Counted from the first letter of the stretch, positions 1 to 9,155 are shown. The stretch is DNA of 13,817 nt from an uncultured bacterium (GCA_964010765.1 CAXGMD010000082.1:1-13817), one strand, 5' to 3'. The notes: generated by a model not told the origin, from the sequence alone. Translations and numbers: made by a program.

Positions 1-1
1 T

Positions 2-1000
2 ATCAACGGCTTAGGTAGAATTGGCAAACTTTTGCTCAGAGGTCTCCTTGATCAGAGGGTTCAACCCCATGAGATCAGCTTGCTCAATGATGCTGTAGGC
101 GATCCTGAGTTGCACGCACATCTGCTGGAATTCGACACGGTTCATGGCCGCTGGCCGGCTCAGATCTCTTTTGATTCCGACAGTATCAGAGTTGAGGATC
201 GAAAGATCCCAATGCTAGCGCTTGAAAGGATTGAGCAGTTGCCTCTGAAAGAAGCCGGTGTTGATCTGGTCATTGATTGCACAGGTTTTTTCAAGACACC
301 GGAGCGAGTTCAGCCGTATTTTCAGGCAGGAGTTAAAAAGGTGTTGGTCTCAGCTCCCATCAAGAGTGAACCAGCCCTTAACCTGGTCTATGGGATCAAT
401 CATTATCTGTATGACCCTTTGCAGCATCATTTGATCACGGCAGCCAGCTGCACAACCAATTGTCTGGCTCCAGTTGTCAAGGTTCTGCATGAGGAGATCG
501 GCATTCAGCATGGATCAATCACAACCATTCATGATGTGACCAACACGCAGACCATTGTGGATCGCCCTGCCAAGGACTTGCGACGGGCTCGCTCGGCATT
601 GAACTCACTGATCCCGACGACAACAGGTTCTGCAACTGCAATCACTCTGATTTATCCTGATCTAAAAGGACGTTTGAACGGTCACGCGGTTCGAGTACCT
701 CTGTTGAATGCATCGCTGACGGATTGTGTTTTTGAACTGAAGCGTCCCACCACGGTCGAAGAGGTAAATCAACTCTTTGAAAACTACGCCAATGGTTCGT
801 TGCAGGGGATCCTTGGGTTCGAACGACGCCCACTGGTTTCCACAGATTACGTTAATGATCCTCGTTCTGCGATTATTGATGGACTCTCTACGATGGTGGT
901 GAATGGTACTCAAGTGAAGGTCTATGCCTGGTATGATAACGAATGGGGCTATGTGATGCGGATGGCCGATTTGGCAAAAATGATTCTCAACCGACTGTAG
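2..1000 (+). CDS. gap: ArsJ-associated glyceraldehyde-3-phosphate dehydrogenase (5' end just outside the window)
   Basis: The frame is open from base 2 and reads [13 protein letters not shown] (Rossmann GxGxxG), so the TTG at 32 is not the real start. It has the catalytic [10 protein letters not shown] plus DLRRAR, PTTTGSA, GHAVRVP and [18 protein letters not shown] replaces the glycolytic HAYTxDQ, which is typical of the ArsJ-linked clade. It lies 2 nt upstream of arsJ. Confidence 0.95.
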   Translation: MNGLGRIGKLLLRGLLDQRVQPHEISLLNDAVGDPELHAHLLEFDTVHGRWPAQISFDSDSIRVEDRKIPMLALERIEQLPLKEAGVDLVIDCTGFFKTPERVQPYFQAGVKKVLVSAPIKSEPALNLVYGINHYLYDPLQHHLITAASCTTNCLAPVVKVLHEEIGIQHGSITTIHDVTNTQTIVDRPAKDLRRARSALNSLIPTTTGSATAITLIYPDLKGRLNGHAVRVPLLNASLTDCVFELKRPTTVEEVNQLFENYANGSLQGILGFERRPLVSTDYVNDPRSAIIDGLSTMVVNGTQVKVYAWYDNEWGYVMRMADLAKMILNRL

Positions 1001-1002
1001 TG

Positions 1003-2283
1003 ATGAATGCTGAAATAAGCTCGAGTTCAAAAGGATTTATCGCCTACTTGGCGGTCACTGCAGCCTATTGGTCATTCATGCTGACTGATGGCGCCCTGCG
1101 GATGTTGGTCCTGTTGCATTTCCACACCCTTGGATTTTCACCCATTCAATTAGCCTATCTATTTGTTCTCTACGAAGTCGCGGGAATGGTCACCAACCTC
1201 TCCGGAGGGTGGGTTGCTGCTCGTTTTGGACTCACAAGCACGCTATTTGTCGGACTTGGTCTGCAGGTATTGGCTTTGGGTGCCCTCACCCAATTAGATC
1301 CGGGTTGGACGGTCAACCTCTCGGTAGTTTTTGTGATGTTGGTTCAGGGAGCGAGCGGTGTTGCCAAGGATCTAACCAAGATGTCTTCCAAGTCAGCGGT
1401 GAAGCTGCTGGCACCAAAGGAGGAAGGAAGACTATTTCGCTGGGTGGCACTGTTGACAGGTTCGAAAAATGTAGTGAAAGGCTGTGGCTTTCTCTTGGGA
1501 GCCAGTTTGTTAGCTTCCGTTGGGTTCTTCTGGTCGATTGTCGGCATGGCGTCTGTACTGGGTTTGATTTTAATGACTCTGCTCCTCTTCATGCCATCTG
1601 GACTACCCAGAGGCAGAAAGAAGGCGAAGTTTTCCGAGGTTTTTTCCAAGTCCCACAACGTGAATTGGCTCTCAGCTGCACGGATTTTTCTTTTTGGAGC
1701 CCGAGATGTTTGGTTTGTTGTGGGGATCCCGATCTATTTCTACGCAGTTCTTTCAGATGGTAGCAAAGCCGGCAACTACGAAGCTTTCTTCCTCATTGGG
1801 ACTTTTATGTCCTTTTGGATCATACTCTATGGAGTGGTCCAAGCGATGGTTCCCAAGTTGTTGCAGGCTGACTCACGCTCCGAAAGGGAACTGGTTGGCG
1901 CTACCCGGAACTGGGGGCTGATCCTCTTTTTGGTTTTAGTGACTCTTGCCATTACGAGCTTTTTCTTACAAGAAAACTCCTTCTGGTTGACTCAAATTTT
2001 AGTGGCTGGACTTGCCATTTTTGGAGCAGTCTTTGCGGTCAATTCTTCGCTTCACTCCTACCTGATTCTTGCCTTTACTCAAAGTGAACGAGTGACCATG
2101 GATGTGGGTTTTTACTACATGGCTAATGCCGCGGGGCGTTTGCTGGGAACACTTCTCTCCGGTTGGACCTATCAGATTGGTGGGCTCGTTGGGTGCCTGT
2201 CAACCGCAACGCTGATGGTGGGAGTCAGTGTGCTAGCAGCCATCCGGTTGAAGTCAGGATACGAGCCCCAGGTTGTCAACTGA
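1003..2283 (+). CDS. arsJ: Organoarsenical (1-arseno-3-phosphoglycerate) efflux MFS transporter ArsJ, 426 aa
   Basis: ArsJ hallmark segments YWSFMLTDGALRMLVLLHFH, SGVAKDLTKMSSKSAVK, FLFGARDVWFVVG, FAVNSSLHSYLI and DVGFYYMANAAGRL. It is multi-TM and adjacent to the GAPDH. Start moved from the ORF-track 943 to ATG 1003, 2 nt after the GAPDH stop. Confidence 0.95.
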   Translation: MNAEISSSSKGFIAYLAVTAAYWSFMLTDGALRMLVLLHFHTLGFSPIQLAYLFVLYEVAGMVTNLSGGWVAARFGLTSTLFVGLGLQVLALGALTQLDPGWTVNLSVVFVMLVQGASGVAKDLTKMSSKSAVKLLAPKEEGRLFRWVALLTGSKNVVKGCGFLLGASLLASVGFFWSIVGMASVLGLILMTLLLFMPSGLPRGRKKAKFSEVFSKSHNVNWLSAARIFLFGARDVWFVVGIPIYFYAVLSDGSKAGNYEAFFLIGTFMSFWIILYGVVQAMVPKLLQADSRSERELVGATRNWGLILFLVLVTLAITSFFLQENSFWLTQILVAGLAIFGAVFAVNSSLHSYLILAFTQSERVTMDVGFYYMANAAGRLLGTLLSGWTYQIGGLVGCLSTATLMVGVSVLAAIRLKSGYEPQVVN

Positions 2284-3452
2284 TGGAACCTGCTATCTCC
2301 TCACCATTCACTCCCTCCCTGGCTTTTTGTGGCTATTCTGGTTCTGGTAAGACCGAGTTGCTGCTCCATTGCTTGAAATTACTAAAAGCACGCGGATTTT
2401 CACCAGCTGTGCTCAAAAGTTCTTCAGAAGTTCACGTCGCAATTGCCAGCAAGGATAGCCAGAGATTTTTTGATGAAGGAGCCGTTGGTGTGGGTTTTGT
2501 CGATCCCGCTCAGGTTCTTCTACACTTACCTGGCAGAGATTTCTTTCAGAGATCTGTTGATTCAGAAGTCCAACTCCGACGCCAAGTTTCCTTCGATATT
2601 TTGCTACGTGAGGGAGGTAAGCAATCAAGTGGCTGGAAGGTGGTTTGTCTTCACCCCAGCCAAGGAATTCCTGTGCTAGACAACTCAAGCGTTCTTGCAT
2701 TTTGGGCTGGAGTTCCTGGTTCAAAAAAACTAGCACTGGCAGATCAGCTGACAATACCCTGCTTTGGCCCGGGAGAAGAGATCAAACTACTAGATCATTA
2801 CCTCGAAAAACTCCGAACAATGCGAAGGCAGCAAACACTCAAAGCCGCTGTCCTCGTCGGGGGGCAATCTTCTCGAATGGGCCACCCCAAAGCTTGGATG
2901 CAAATCAGCGGTCGCCCGATGGGATTGAAATCAGCCCATCTGCTCGAAGAATTATTGGGAGTAGGTAGAGTCGTGTTTGGAGGTTCCTTGCCTCCTATTC
3001 CAGAGGATTGGTCATTCTCCAATCATCAAGAACTTGAGCGTTATGCTGTGATCCCAGATCGTGTGCAAGGCTTTGGTCCGTGGGGTGGACTGCTTGGGCT
3101 GTGGGAATCAGAACCAAATACAACCTGGCTGGTAGTTGGGTGCGATTATCCAAGGTTGCATCTTGAAGCACTGGAGTGGTTGTTGTCCAAGAGAGATCCT
3201 CTACGACTAGCTACCCTGGCTCGCCATCAAATCGGTCCCTTGGAAACCATGATTGGGATTTACGAACCAGGTTTTCGCTATCTGCTGGAAGCCGCATGGC
3301 TAGATGGAGGTAAGCAGATCAATCGGAGAATGCAGCAATGGCCCCTGCAGATCTTGAATGTACCAAAACACCTGGAGGTATGCTGGCAAGGCATCAACAC
3401 TCCAGCCGACCTAGAACAATTGCTTCAGCAGACAGCTGTCCAACAACAGTAG
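2283..3452 (+). CDS. mobB-mobA: Bifunctional MobB-MobA fusion (molybdopterin-guanine dinucleotide biosynthesis adaptor plus Mo-cofactor guanylyltransferase), 389 aa
   Basis: The N-terminal part is MobB-like: P-loop FCGYSGSGKT, SKDS and DILLREGGK. The C-terminal part is a MobA-like NTP transferase: VLVGGQSSRMGHPKA, GPWGGL, GCDYP and INTPADL. ATG 2283 overlaps the arsJ stop (TGATG). Confidence 0.85.
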   Translation: MEPAISSPFTPSLAFCGYSGSGKTELLLHCLKLLKARGFSPAVLKSSSEVHVAIASKDSQRFFDEGAVGVGFVDPAQVLLHLPGRDFFQRSVDSEVQLRRQVSFDILLREGGKQSSGWKVVCLHPSQGIPVLDNSSVLAFWAGVPGSKKLALADQLTIPCFGPGEEIKLLDHYLEKLRTMRRQQTLKAAVLVGGQSSRMGHPKAWMQISGRPMGLKSAHLLEELLGVGRVVFGGSLPPIPEDWSFSNHQELERYAVIPDRVQGFGPWGGLLGLWESEPNTTWLVVGCDYPRLHLEALEWLLSKRDPLRLATLARHQIGPLETMIGIYEPGFRYLLEAAWLDGGKQINRRMQQWPLQILNVPKHLEVCWQGINTPADLEQLLQQTAVQQQ

Positions 3453-3471
3453 CTATGAGTTCACGCGAAGA

Positions 3472-4524
3472 ATGACAATAGAAACTCTCTTCCTGTTGAG
3501 CAGCGGACTCTTTCTTGGCTGGTCACTGGGCGCCAACGACGCAGGCAACGTCTTTGGGACCGCAGTCGGCAGTCGAATGATCCGTTTTTCGACAGCTGTG
3601 GTCGTTTGTAGCATTTTTATGGTGCTTGGAGCCGTCTGGAGTGGGGAAGGTGTTTCCAGAGGGTTGGTTGAATTGGGCTCAGTGAATATACTTGGTGGGG
3701 CTTTCATGGTAGCCCTGGCCGCAGCAATTGCTGTTTTCCTGATGCTGCGAACCGGGATTCAGGTTTCGACCACACAGGCCTTGATCGGCTCTTTGCTGGG
3801 TTGGAATGCCTTTGCTGGGGTTGCAACGGATATCACTGTGTTTTTACAGGTTGTCTCCACCTGGGTGCTTGGGCCTCTGCTGGCTGCAGCGATGGCGATG
3901 GCGATGATGTGGGCAGCAAAGTTGATCCTGCGCAATAGCCGAATTGGGTTGATTCGTCTGGATGGCTATACGCGGCTGGCCTTGCTTGGTTCTGGGGCGC
4001 TGGGTGCGTATAGTCTGGGCGCTAACAATATCGCAAACGTCGTTGCGGTCTTTTTACCATCACAGCCTTTCCCTGCTCTTAGCTGGCAGGGCTTTGAAAG
4101 TTCACCAACGCAGCTATTGCTGCTGGTTGGAGGAATCGCAATGGCCTCTGGAGTGTTGACCTACTCCAGAAGGACCATTGAATTGGTTGGGTCTGGCCTG
4201 GCAAATCTGTCACCTTTGGCGGCCTGGGTGTGTGTCAGTGCTCATTCCCTGGTCCTACTGCTTTTTGCTTCCGCCAGTTTGAAAGCTTGGTTGGATTCAA
4301 TGGGTTTGCCCTCACTGCCCTTGGTGCCGATTTCCAGCTCTCAGGCAATCTTGGGGGCCATCCTTGGAGTTGGCTTGTTGCGTGGTGGGCGTGAGGTCAA
4401 TTGGGGAACCGTAGGCAGAGTGGCCCTGGGCTGGCTGGTAACTCCACTGGTCGCGAGCCTGCTTTGCTTTTTGGGACTTTTTGTCCTCCAAAATGTCTTC
4501 TTACTTCAGGTAGTGGGTGGTTGA
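3472..4524 (+). CDS. pit: PiT (PHO4) family inorganic phosphate/oxyanion transporter, 350 aa
   Basis: Two PiT signature repeats, GWSLGANDAGNVFGTAVGS and YSLGANNIANV, plus VSTTQALIG and PISSSQAILGAILGVG. Highly hydrophobic. It starts 19 nt after the mob fusion stop. Confidence 0.92.
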   Translation: MTIETLFLLSSGLFLGWSLGANDAGNVFGTAVGSRMIRFSTAVVVCSIFMVLGAVWSGEGVSRGLVELGSVNILGGAFMVALAAAIAVFLMLRTGIQVSTTQALIGSLLGWNAFAGVATDITVFLQVVSTWVLGPLLAAAMAMAMMWAAKLILRNSRIGLIRLDGYTRLALLGSGALGAYSLGANNIANVVAVFLPSQPFPALSWQGFESSPTQLLLLVGGIAMASGVLTYSRRTIELVGSGLANLSPLAAWVCVSAHSLVLLLFASASLKAWLDSMGLPSLPLVPISSSQAILGAILGVGLLRGGREVNWGTVGRVALGWLVTPLVASLLCFLGLFVLQNVFLLQVVGG

Positions 4525-4595
4525 AATTTGGGCTCTGTCACCACTAGGAACTTTGTAGAAAGCCTCCCTTTTTGATTCGCCTCTTTCAATTTGTT

Positions 4596-5807
4596 TCAGC
4601 CATTATCTTTTCCTGCCAGTCGTCGTGCCACCAGCATTAAGCATGTCCCTCCCAAAGCAATGATCGCAGCTACCTCCATCAATGATGCGTAGTACTCACC
4701 CTGATGCAGGGCAAACACCACCGAAGCTCCCAGCGTTGATAAGACTCGACTTACATCTACCAGGGAGGTTGACAGTCCTAAGCGCCCCTTGATTGCTTCC
4801 TGCAGGTAACTGATGTTGATGCTCAACAGTGCAGCAATTGCCAGAGCCGCAATCCCCTGCAAAAAGAGAACTTGCAGCACAGTCTCGGCAATCGACATCA
4901 ATCCAAGATACAACGCAAAGATCGCAGAACTGGCGGCCAAAATGGCTTCCTTGCTCAACCGTAAGGCTAGGTAGCCCCAAGCAATCATACAGGGCACTTC
5001 CACCGCAGCAGCCACTGATGCGTTGATACCGACTTGCTCCAGTGTCCCTCCCAGGTCTCGCATTATGACAAGGGGGAGGGCCGTGATGTTCAGCTGCAAA
5101 GCTACAGACCCCAGAATGATTCCTGAAATACCAATCTTGTAGGGATTGCTGATGTAGGCTTTGGGGAGAGTGCTAGCGTCGGCAGCTTCTACCTTCTTGC
5201 TTGCTTGCCCAATTCTGGCGGAAGGCTGGGTCCAGAGGAGTCCAAAGAGCAAAGTGAAAGCGATGTGTGTTCCCGAGGCAAAGGCGAAAACGGAGAAACT
5301 GGAAGTCTGCACAGCCAGCCAACCGGCAACAGGAGGAAAGACGACCCAGGCAACCGTAAAGATCGTCCTCAGAAACGAAAGGATCAGCTCCGCTCGGTCT
5401 GGTGTCTCCTGGTCCAGATAGGCTCTGGAGTAGGCAAAAGTCTGGGAGAAGAGCGCATTGCTAAAGGGTAGCAGCAGACAGTAGGCCGCAATGAAGGCAA
5501 ATGGACTTTGCCAAATCCACACAAGTCCAAAACCGAGTGCTCCCACAAAGGCACAAAGAATGACGAGCCATCGTCGATCGTTGATCTTATCAGAGAGCCA
5601 TCCCAGCGCCACTCCCGCTGCTGCTCCAGCAAAGGCATTGATCGCCATGACTGCAGCGTAGGTCATATTGGAAAGCTCCAAGGCCTCCACCCCAATAATC
5701 GCTCGAAAAGGAAATGTGGATGCGTTGCCGGCTCCAGCAAAGAAGATGTTCAGGCTCAAGATTCCCAGTACGGGAGAAATCCAGAATCCAGCTAATTTTG
5801 TTTGCAT
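4596..5807 (-). CDS. MFS transporter, sugar efflux transporter (SetA/SetB-like) family, 403 aa
   Basis: About 12 hydrophobic segments. MFS motif A is GWLSDKINDRR. SET-like segments are FSQTFAYSRAY, RTIFTVAWVVFPP, EVPCMI and ISYLQE...GLSTSL. The MFS call is firm; the subfamily is less certain. Confidence 0.8.
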   Translation of the reverse strand: MQTKLAGFWISPVLGILSLNIFFAGAGNASTFPFRAIIGVEALELSNMTYAAVMAINAFAGAAAGVALGWLSDKINDRRWLVILCAFVGALGFGLVWIWQSPFAFIAAYCLLLPFSNALFSQTFAYSRAYLDQETPDRAELILSFLRTIFTVAWVVFPPVAGWLAVQTSSFSVFAFASGTHIAFTLLFGLLWTQPSARIGQASKKVEAADASTLPKAYISNPYKIGISGIILGSVALQLNITALPLVIMRDLGGTLEQVGINASVAAAVEVPCMIAWGYLALRLSKEAILAASSAIFALYLGLMSIAETVLQVLFLQGIAALAIAALLSINISYLQEAIKGRLGLSTSLVDVSRVLSTLGASVVFALHQGEYYASLMEVAAIIALGGTCLMLVARRLAGKDNG

Positions 5808-6032
5808 CCAATCACTATGGAAAGTTGTACAGAGAACAAATCTCTGATTCAGCGGTCAGAGGGCAGCGTTTCAGCCAATAACAAAACTTGGAACCAATTG
5901 TAGAGTTTGGTTCTTATCATGAGAAACAAGGTGGGGTAGAGTCGACTAGGTTGGAAAAAACCGGGCTGGTCAGAAAAAACTGGCCAATGATTGCATCTGT
6001 CTGCGGTAGTCCATCTGTTTTTCAGTGACAGG

Positions 6033-6686
6033 CTAGGCCATTCTTTTGGTGGCAATCAGCAGTACTTCATCTGCTACATCCTCTGCTAGATCAGAGATCC
6101 CTCCCAATCGTTGAAGCATCGCCTTGTACTGGAACTGGCGTGCCAATTCAAGGGAATCATCTCGAAACACTCGAACCAATAACTGCTGTTCTACTCGATC
6201 CACCTCGCTTTCCTGACGGGCGACTTCTTCCGCATGACGAGGCACGGAACGCAGATCTGAGAAAAGTGAGTCCACAGTGGCGCTCAACGCACGGAGACAA
6301 CTATGGGTCTTATGAAACATCAATACTAGGGGAGGTCGGAAATCATTGGGGAGTGGAGGGAGTTCCAGCAGCAACTCTTTGAGGGAATGGCGACATTGAC
6401 CAGGAATACGATCAAGCTTGGTGAGGAGGCGCAACACATCATCCCTGGAATCAGGCATGAGCGCTTCCCGCAGCAGCAATTGCTGAATTTTACGTTGCAA
6501 GTCGTCTAACTCGGATTCCAGGCGATCAACCTCTTGAGCGCGCTGCTCACACTCGGCAAGGTTGCCGTCCAGGTAGGCGGTCAAGGCCTCTCGATGATGA
6601 AGAGCCAGATCTTCTAAGTTCCTCAATAGAAACCTGATCAGGTCCTCAACTTGTTGCTGCTTGCGAAATAGGGAGAGCGTCAACAT
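6033..6686 (-). CDS. DUF47 / PhoU-like phosphate transport regulator, 217 aa
   Basis: All-helical two-repeat pattern with acidic motifs VDRLESELDDL and VARQESEVDRVE, plus LMPDSRDD, LDRI and ISDLAEDVAD. ATG 6686 is 2 nt after the phnE stop and is preferred over the overlapping 6725 start. Confidence 0.88.
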   Translation of the reverse strand: MLTLSLFRKQQQVEDLIRFLLRNLEDLALHHREALTAYLDGNLAECEQRAQEVDRLESELDDLQRKIQQLLLREALMPDSRDDVLRLLTKLDRIPGQCRHSLKELLLELPPLPNDFRPPLVLMFHKTHSCLRALSATVDSLFSDLRSVPRHAEEVARQESEVDRVEQQLLVRVFRDDSLELARQFQYKAMLQRLGGISDLAEDVADEVLLIATKRMA

Positions 6687-6688
6687 GC

Positions 6689-7504
6689 TCAGATGATCGC
6701 ATGGCGAGCTTTGGCAGAAAGCCACTCACTGAAAAGCACAGTCAGGAAGATCATCAGTAGAATCAAGGTCACTTGAGGCCAAGCTAAAATGTTCAGAGAT
6801 GCCTGAAGTTGCAGCCCAATTCCTCCAGCTCCAACCAATCCTAAGACCGTGGATTCACGAATGTTGATGTCCCAGCGGAAGACAGAAACACCAACAAAGG
6901 TAGGAAGAATTTGTGGAACGATGCCATAGGCAATCACCTGGGAACGACTGGCTCCTGTTGCCTTGATTGCTTCTACCTGGTTTTCATCAATCTCTTCAAT
7001 GGCCTCATAGAGTAGTTTGGCAACAAAGCCAATGGATCGCAGGGCAATCGCAATGATTCCGGCCAGTACCCCGGGTCCCAGAATAGAGACCAACAATAGG
7101 GACCAGATCAATGAATTAATGGATCGCGATGAAACGATGACTAGTAGGGCAATTGGTCGCAGGAGTGTGGGGCTTGGTGAAGTATTGCGTGCTGCGAGGA
7201 AGGCTACAGGCACAGCTAGAACTAGTGCCAGCAGAGTACCGAGAGTAGCGATATTCAGAGTGTCCCATAGAGGAACCCAGAGCTTGTCGATGTATTCCCA
7301 CCTTGGTGGGACCATCCTGGAGCCGATATCTGCAGCAATGGCTGGGGCATCCAGCACAAAGAACCACTCAGTCTTCTCTGAAACCAGTTGCCAACACCAG
7401 ACAAACAGCGCTGTCCCAAAAAACCAAAGCGCCCAGTGGGTCAACTGTGTCTTGCGATCGCGATGCTTCCAGATCTTTTCTTGGGAGTTCATTTCAATGG
7501 GCAT
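6689..7504 (-). CDS. phnE: Phosphonate/phosphate-ester ABC transporter permease, PhnE family (second copy)
   Basis: LWDTLNIATLGT, GFVAKLLYEAIE, the EAA loop EAIKATGAS and RWDINIRESTVLGLVGAGGIG. ATG 7504 overlaps the upstream stop (TGATG). Confidence 0.93.
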   Translation of the reverse strand: MPIEMNSQEKIWKHRDRKTQLTHWALWFFGTALFVWCWQLVSEKTEWFFVLDAPAIAADIGSRMVPPRWEYIDKLWVPLWDTLNIATLGTLLALVLAVPVAFLAARNTSPSPTLLRPIALLVIVSSRSINSLIWSLLLVSILGPGVLAGIIAIALRSIGFVAKLLYEAIEEIDENQVEAIKATGASRSQVIAYGIVPQILPTFVGVSVFRWDINIRESTVLGLVGAGGIGLQLQASLNILAWPQVTLILLMIFLTVLFSEWLSAKARHAII

Positions 7505-8298
7505 CACTGAACTCGCTTGCGAATCGCACTAGATGAATACTCGGCAAACATCACGATCCCAATGATTAGGATCAGGATGGCTGCGGCGGTATCAAATTCA
7601 TAGCGGTCAAAGGCAGTATTCAGGGTGGCACCGATTCCTCCAGCGCCAACAAGACCAACGACAGCTGATTCCCGAAAGTTGATGTCGAGTCGATAAAGAG
7701 AGAGTCCAATCAGACGAGGCATCACCTGAGGTTGAATGCCATAGTTCAGCCACTGCCACCAACGAGATCCAGTGGAACGCACTGCCTCAGCTTGACTGGG
7801 ATCAATGTTCTCAATCGCCTCAGCAAGCAGTTTGGCCAAAAATCCAATGGTTGCAAAAGAGATTGTCAGCACACCGGCGAAGGGACCGAAGCCAAATATT
7901 GCCACAAAGAGAATGGCAATGATCACTTCCTGAAAGGTTCGGGAGATCGTAATGATTGATCGGCAGAATAGATAGACTGGAAGAGGAGCAAGATTGCGGG
8001 AAGCTCCAAGGGCAATCGGAATTGAAACAATGATGCCAATCACTGTGGAAACCACTGTCATCACCAGACTTTCTGCTAGCCCTTCTGAGATGTCGGTCCA
8101 ACGCCCAGTGAAATTCGGCTGTGCAAAGGCAGCAACAAATTTTAGTCCACGATCCAAACCTTCATAGACCCTCATCCAGTTGACTTCAACGGAACCGAGC
8201 GCTAGCAGCATATAGAGCAAGGTACCAATGGTGATGCTCCAACGGAGTTTTGGATTCTCAATGAATGGTTTGGGGCGCCATGTTCGGGGAGTACTCAT
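7504..8298 (-). CDS. phnE: Phosphonate/phosphate-ester ABC transporter permease, PhnE family (first copy)
   Basis: GFLAKLLAEAIE, EAVRSTGS and YRLDINFRESAVVGLVGAGGIG. The start overlaps the phnC stop (TGATG). Confidence 0.93.
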   Translation of the reverse strand: MSTPRTWRPKPFIENPKLRWSITIGTLLYMLLALGSVEVNWMRVYEGLDRGLKFVAAFAQPNFTGRWTDISEGLAESLVMTVVSTVIGIIVSIPIALGASRNLAPLPVYLFCRSIITISRTFQEVIIAILFVAIFGFGPFAGVLTISFATIGFLAKLLAEAIENIDPSQAEAVRSTGSRWWQWLNYGIQPQVMPRLIGLSLYRLDINFRESAVVGLVGAGGIGATLNTAFDRYEFDTAAAILILIIGIVMFAEYSSSAIRKRVQ

Positions 8299-9107
8299 CA
8301 GAGGTTCTCCTCAAGATCAGTAACGTCTTGATCAGAATCACTGCTCTGTCGTTTGCGTACTGCAGTCCAGTCTTCCTCTCCATAAATCTGGGTCAGGACG
8401 TCTGGCGTTAGCCCTTCTGGATCCCCATCATAAACAATTGAGCCAGCTTGCAGCCCAACAATGCGCTGAGCAAACATCTGGGCCAGGGCGACATCATGAA
8501 TATTGATGATCGCTGCCAGCTTGTGCTCAGTACACAACTCGGTGATCAATCGCATGATCTGGCGAGAAGTTTTTGGATCCAAACTGGCAGTCGGTTCATC
8601 GACCAACAGCAACTCAGGATTTTGAATCAGTGCTCGGGCAATGCCAACTCTTTGTCGCTGTCCTCCAGAGAGTTCATCAGCCCGTTTATCCGCCATTGGT
8701 TCCAAGCCGACGCGGTCTAGCAGAGAAAAAGCCGTGTCAATATCTGACTGCGGAAAACGACGGAAGTAGCTGGCCCAAAATCCAACGTAACCCAATCGAC
8801 CAGAGAGCACGTTCTCCATCACGCTCAGTCGCTCTACCAGCGCATATTCCTGGAAGATCATCCCGATTCTGCGCCGAGCCTTGCGGAGTCCACCACCACG
8901 GAGACGAGTCAGGCTCTCTCCATGTAGCAACACATCTCCCGAAGTCGGTTCAACCAAACGGTTGATGCAGCGGATCAGGGTGGACTTACCGGCTCCTGAT
9001 GGGCCAATCAGGGCGAGGACTTGTCCAGCTGGGACGCTCAGGTCTACTTCCTTGAGAGCATGGTCGCCAGTGCGATAGCGTTTGCCCAGTTTCTTCAATT
9101 CAAGCAT
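8298..9107 (-). CDS. phnC: Phosphonate-type ABC transporter ATP-binding protein PhnC
   Basis: Walker [11 protein letters not shown]-loop GMIFQ, the PhnC-typical ENVLSGRLG, signature LSGGQRQRV, Walker [13 protein letters not shown] and H-loop NIHD. Confidence 0.95.
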   Translation of the reverse strand: MLELKKLGKRYRTGDHALKEVDLSVPAGQVLALIGPSGAGKSTLIRCINRLVEPTSGDVLLHGESLTRLRGGGLRKARRRIGMIFQEYALVERLSVMENVLSGRLGYVGFWASYFRRFPQSDIDTAFSLLDRVGLEPMADKRADELSGGQRQRVGIARALIQNPELLLVDEPTASLDPKTSRQIMRLITELCTEHKLAAIINIHDVALAQMFAQRIVGLQAGSIVYDGDPEGLTPDVLTQIYGEEDWTAVRKRQSSDSDQDVTDLEENL

Positions 9108-9124
9108 GAAAAATCTGCGAAGGG

Positions 9125-9146
9125 GCCCGCCCCCTGAGAGGCGGAC
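9125..9146 (-). other. Intercistronic stem-loop between phnD and phnC (probable mRNA-stabilising or attenuating hairpin)
   Basis: The minus-strand RNA GUCCGCCUC-UCAG-GGGGCGGGC forms a 9-bp stem (two G-U pairs) with a 4-nt loop, 9 nt after the phnD stop. There is no adjacent U-run. Such hairpins are common after binding-protein genes in ABC operons. Confidence 0.6.
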
Positions 9147-9155
9147 AGGGAAAAG

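Noticed and set aside
2723..2729. A7 run in the MobB-MobA gene as a slippage site
   Set aside because: The frame is intact through both domains and a run of this length is expected by chance.
3889..3906. (GCGATG)x3 microsatellite in pit
   Set aside because: It is an in-frame hexamer encoding AMAMAM in a TM helix; it is short and cannot cause phase variation.
4525..4595. Bidirectional terminator between pit and the MFS gene
   Set aside because: A short T-run is present but I found no convincing GC-rich stem next to it.
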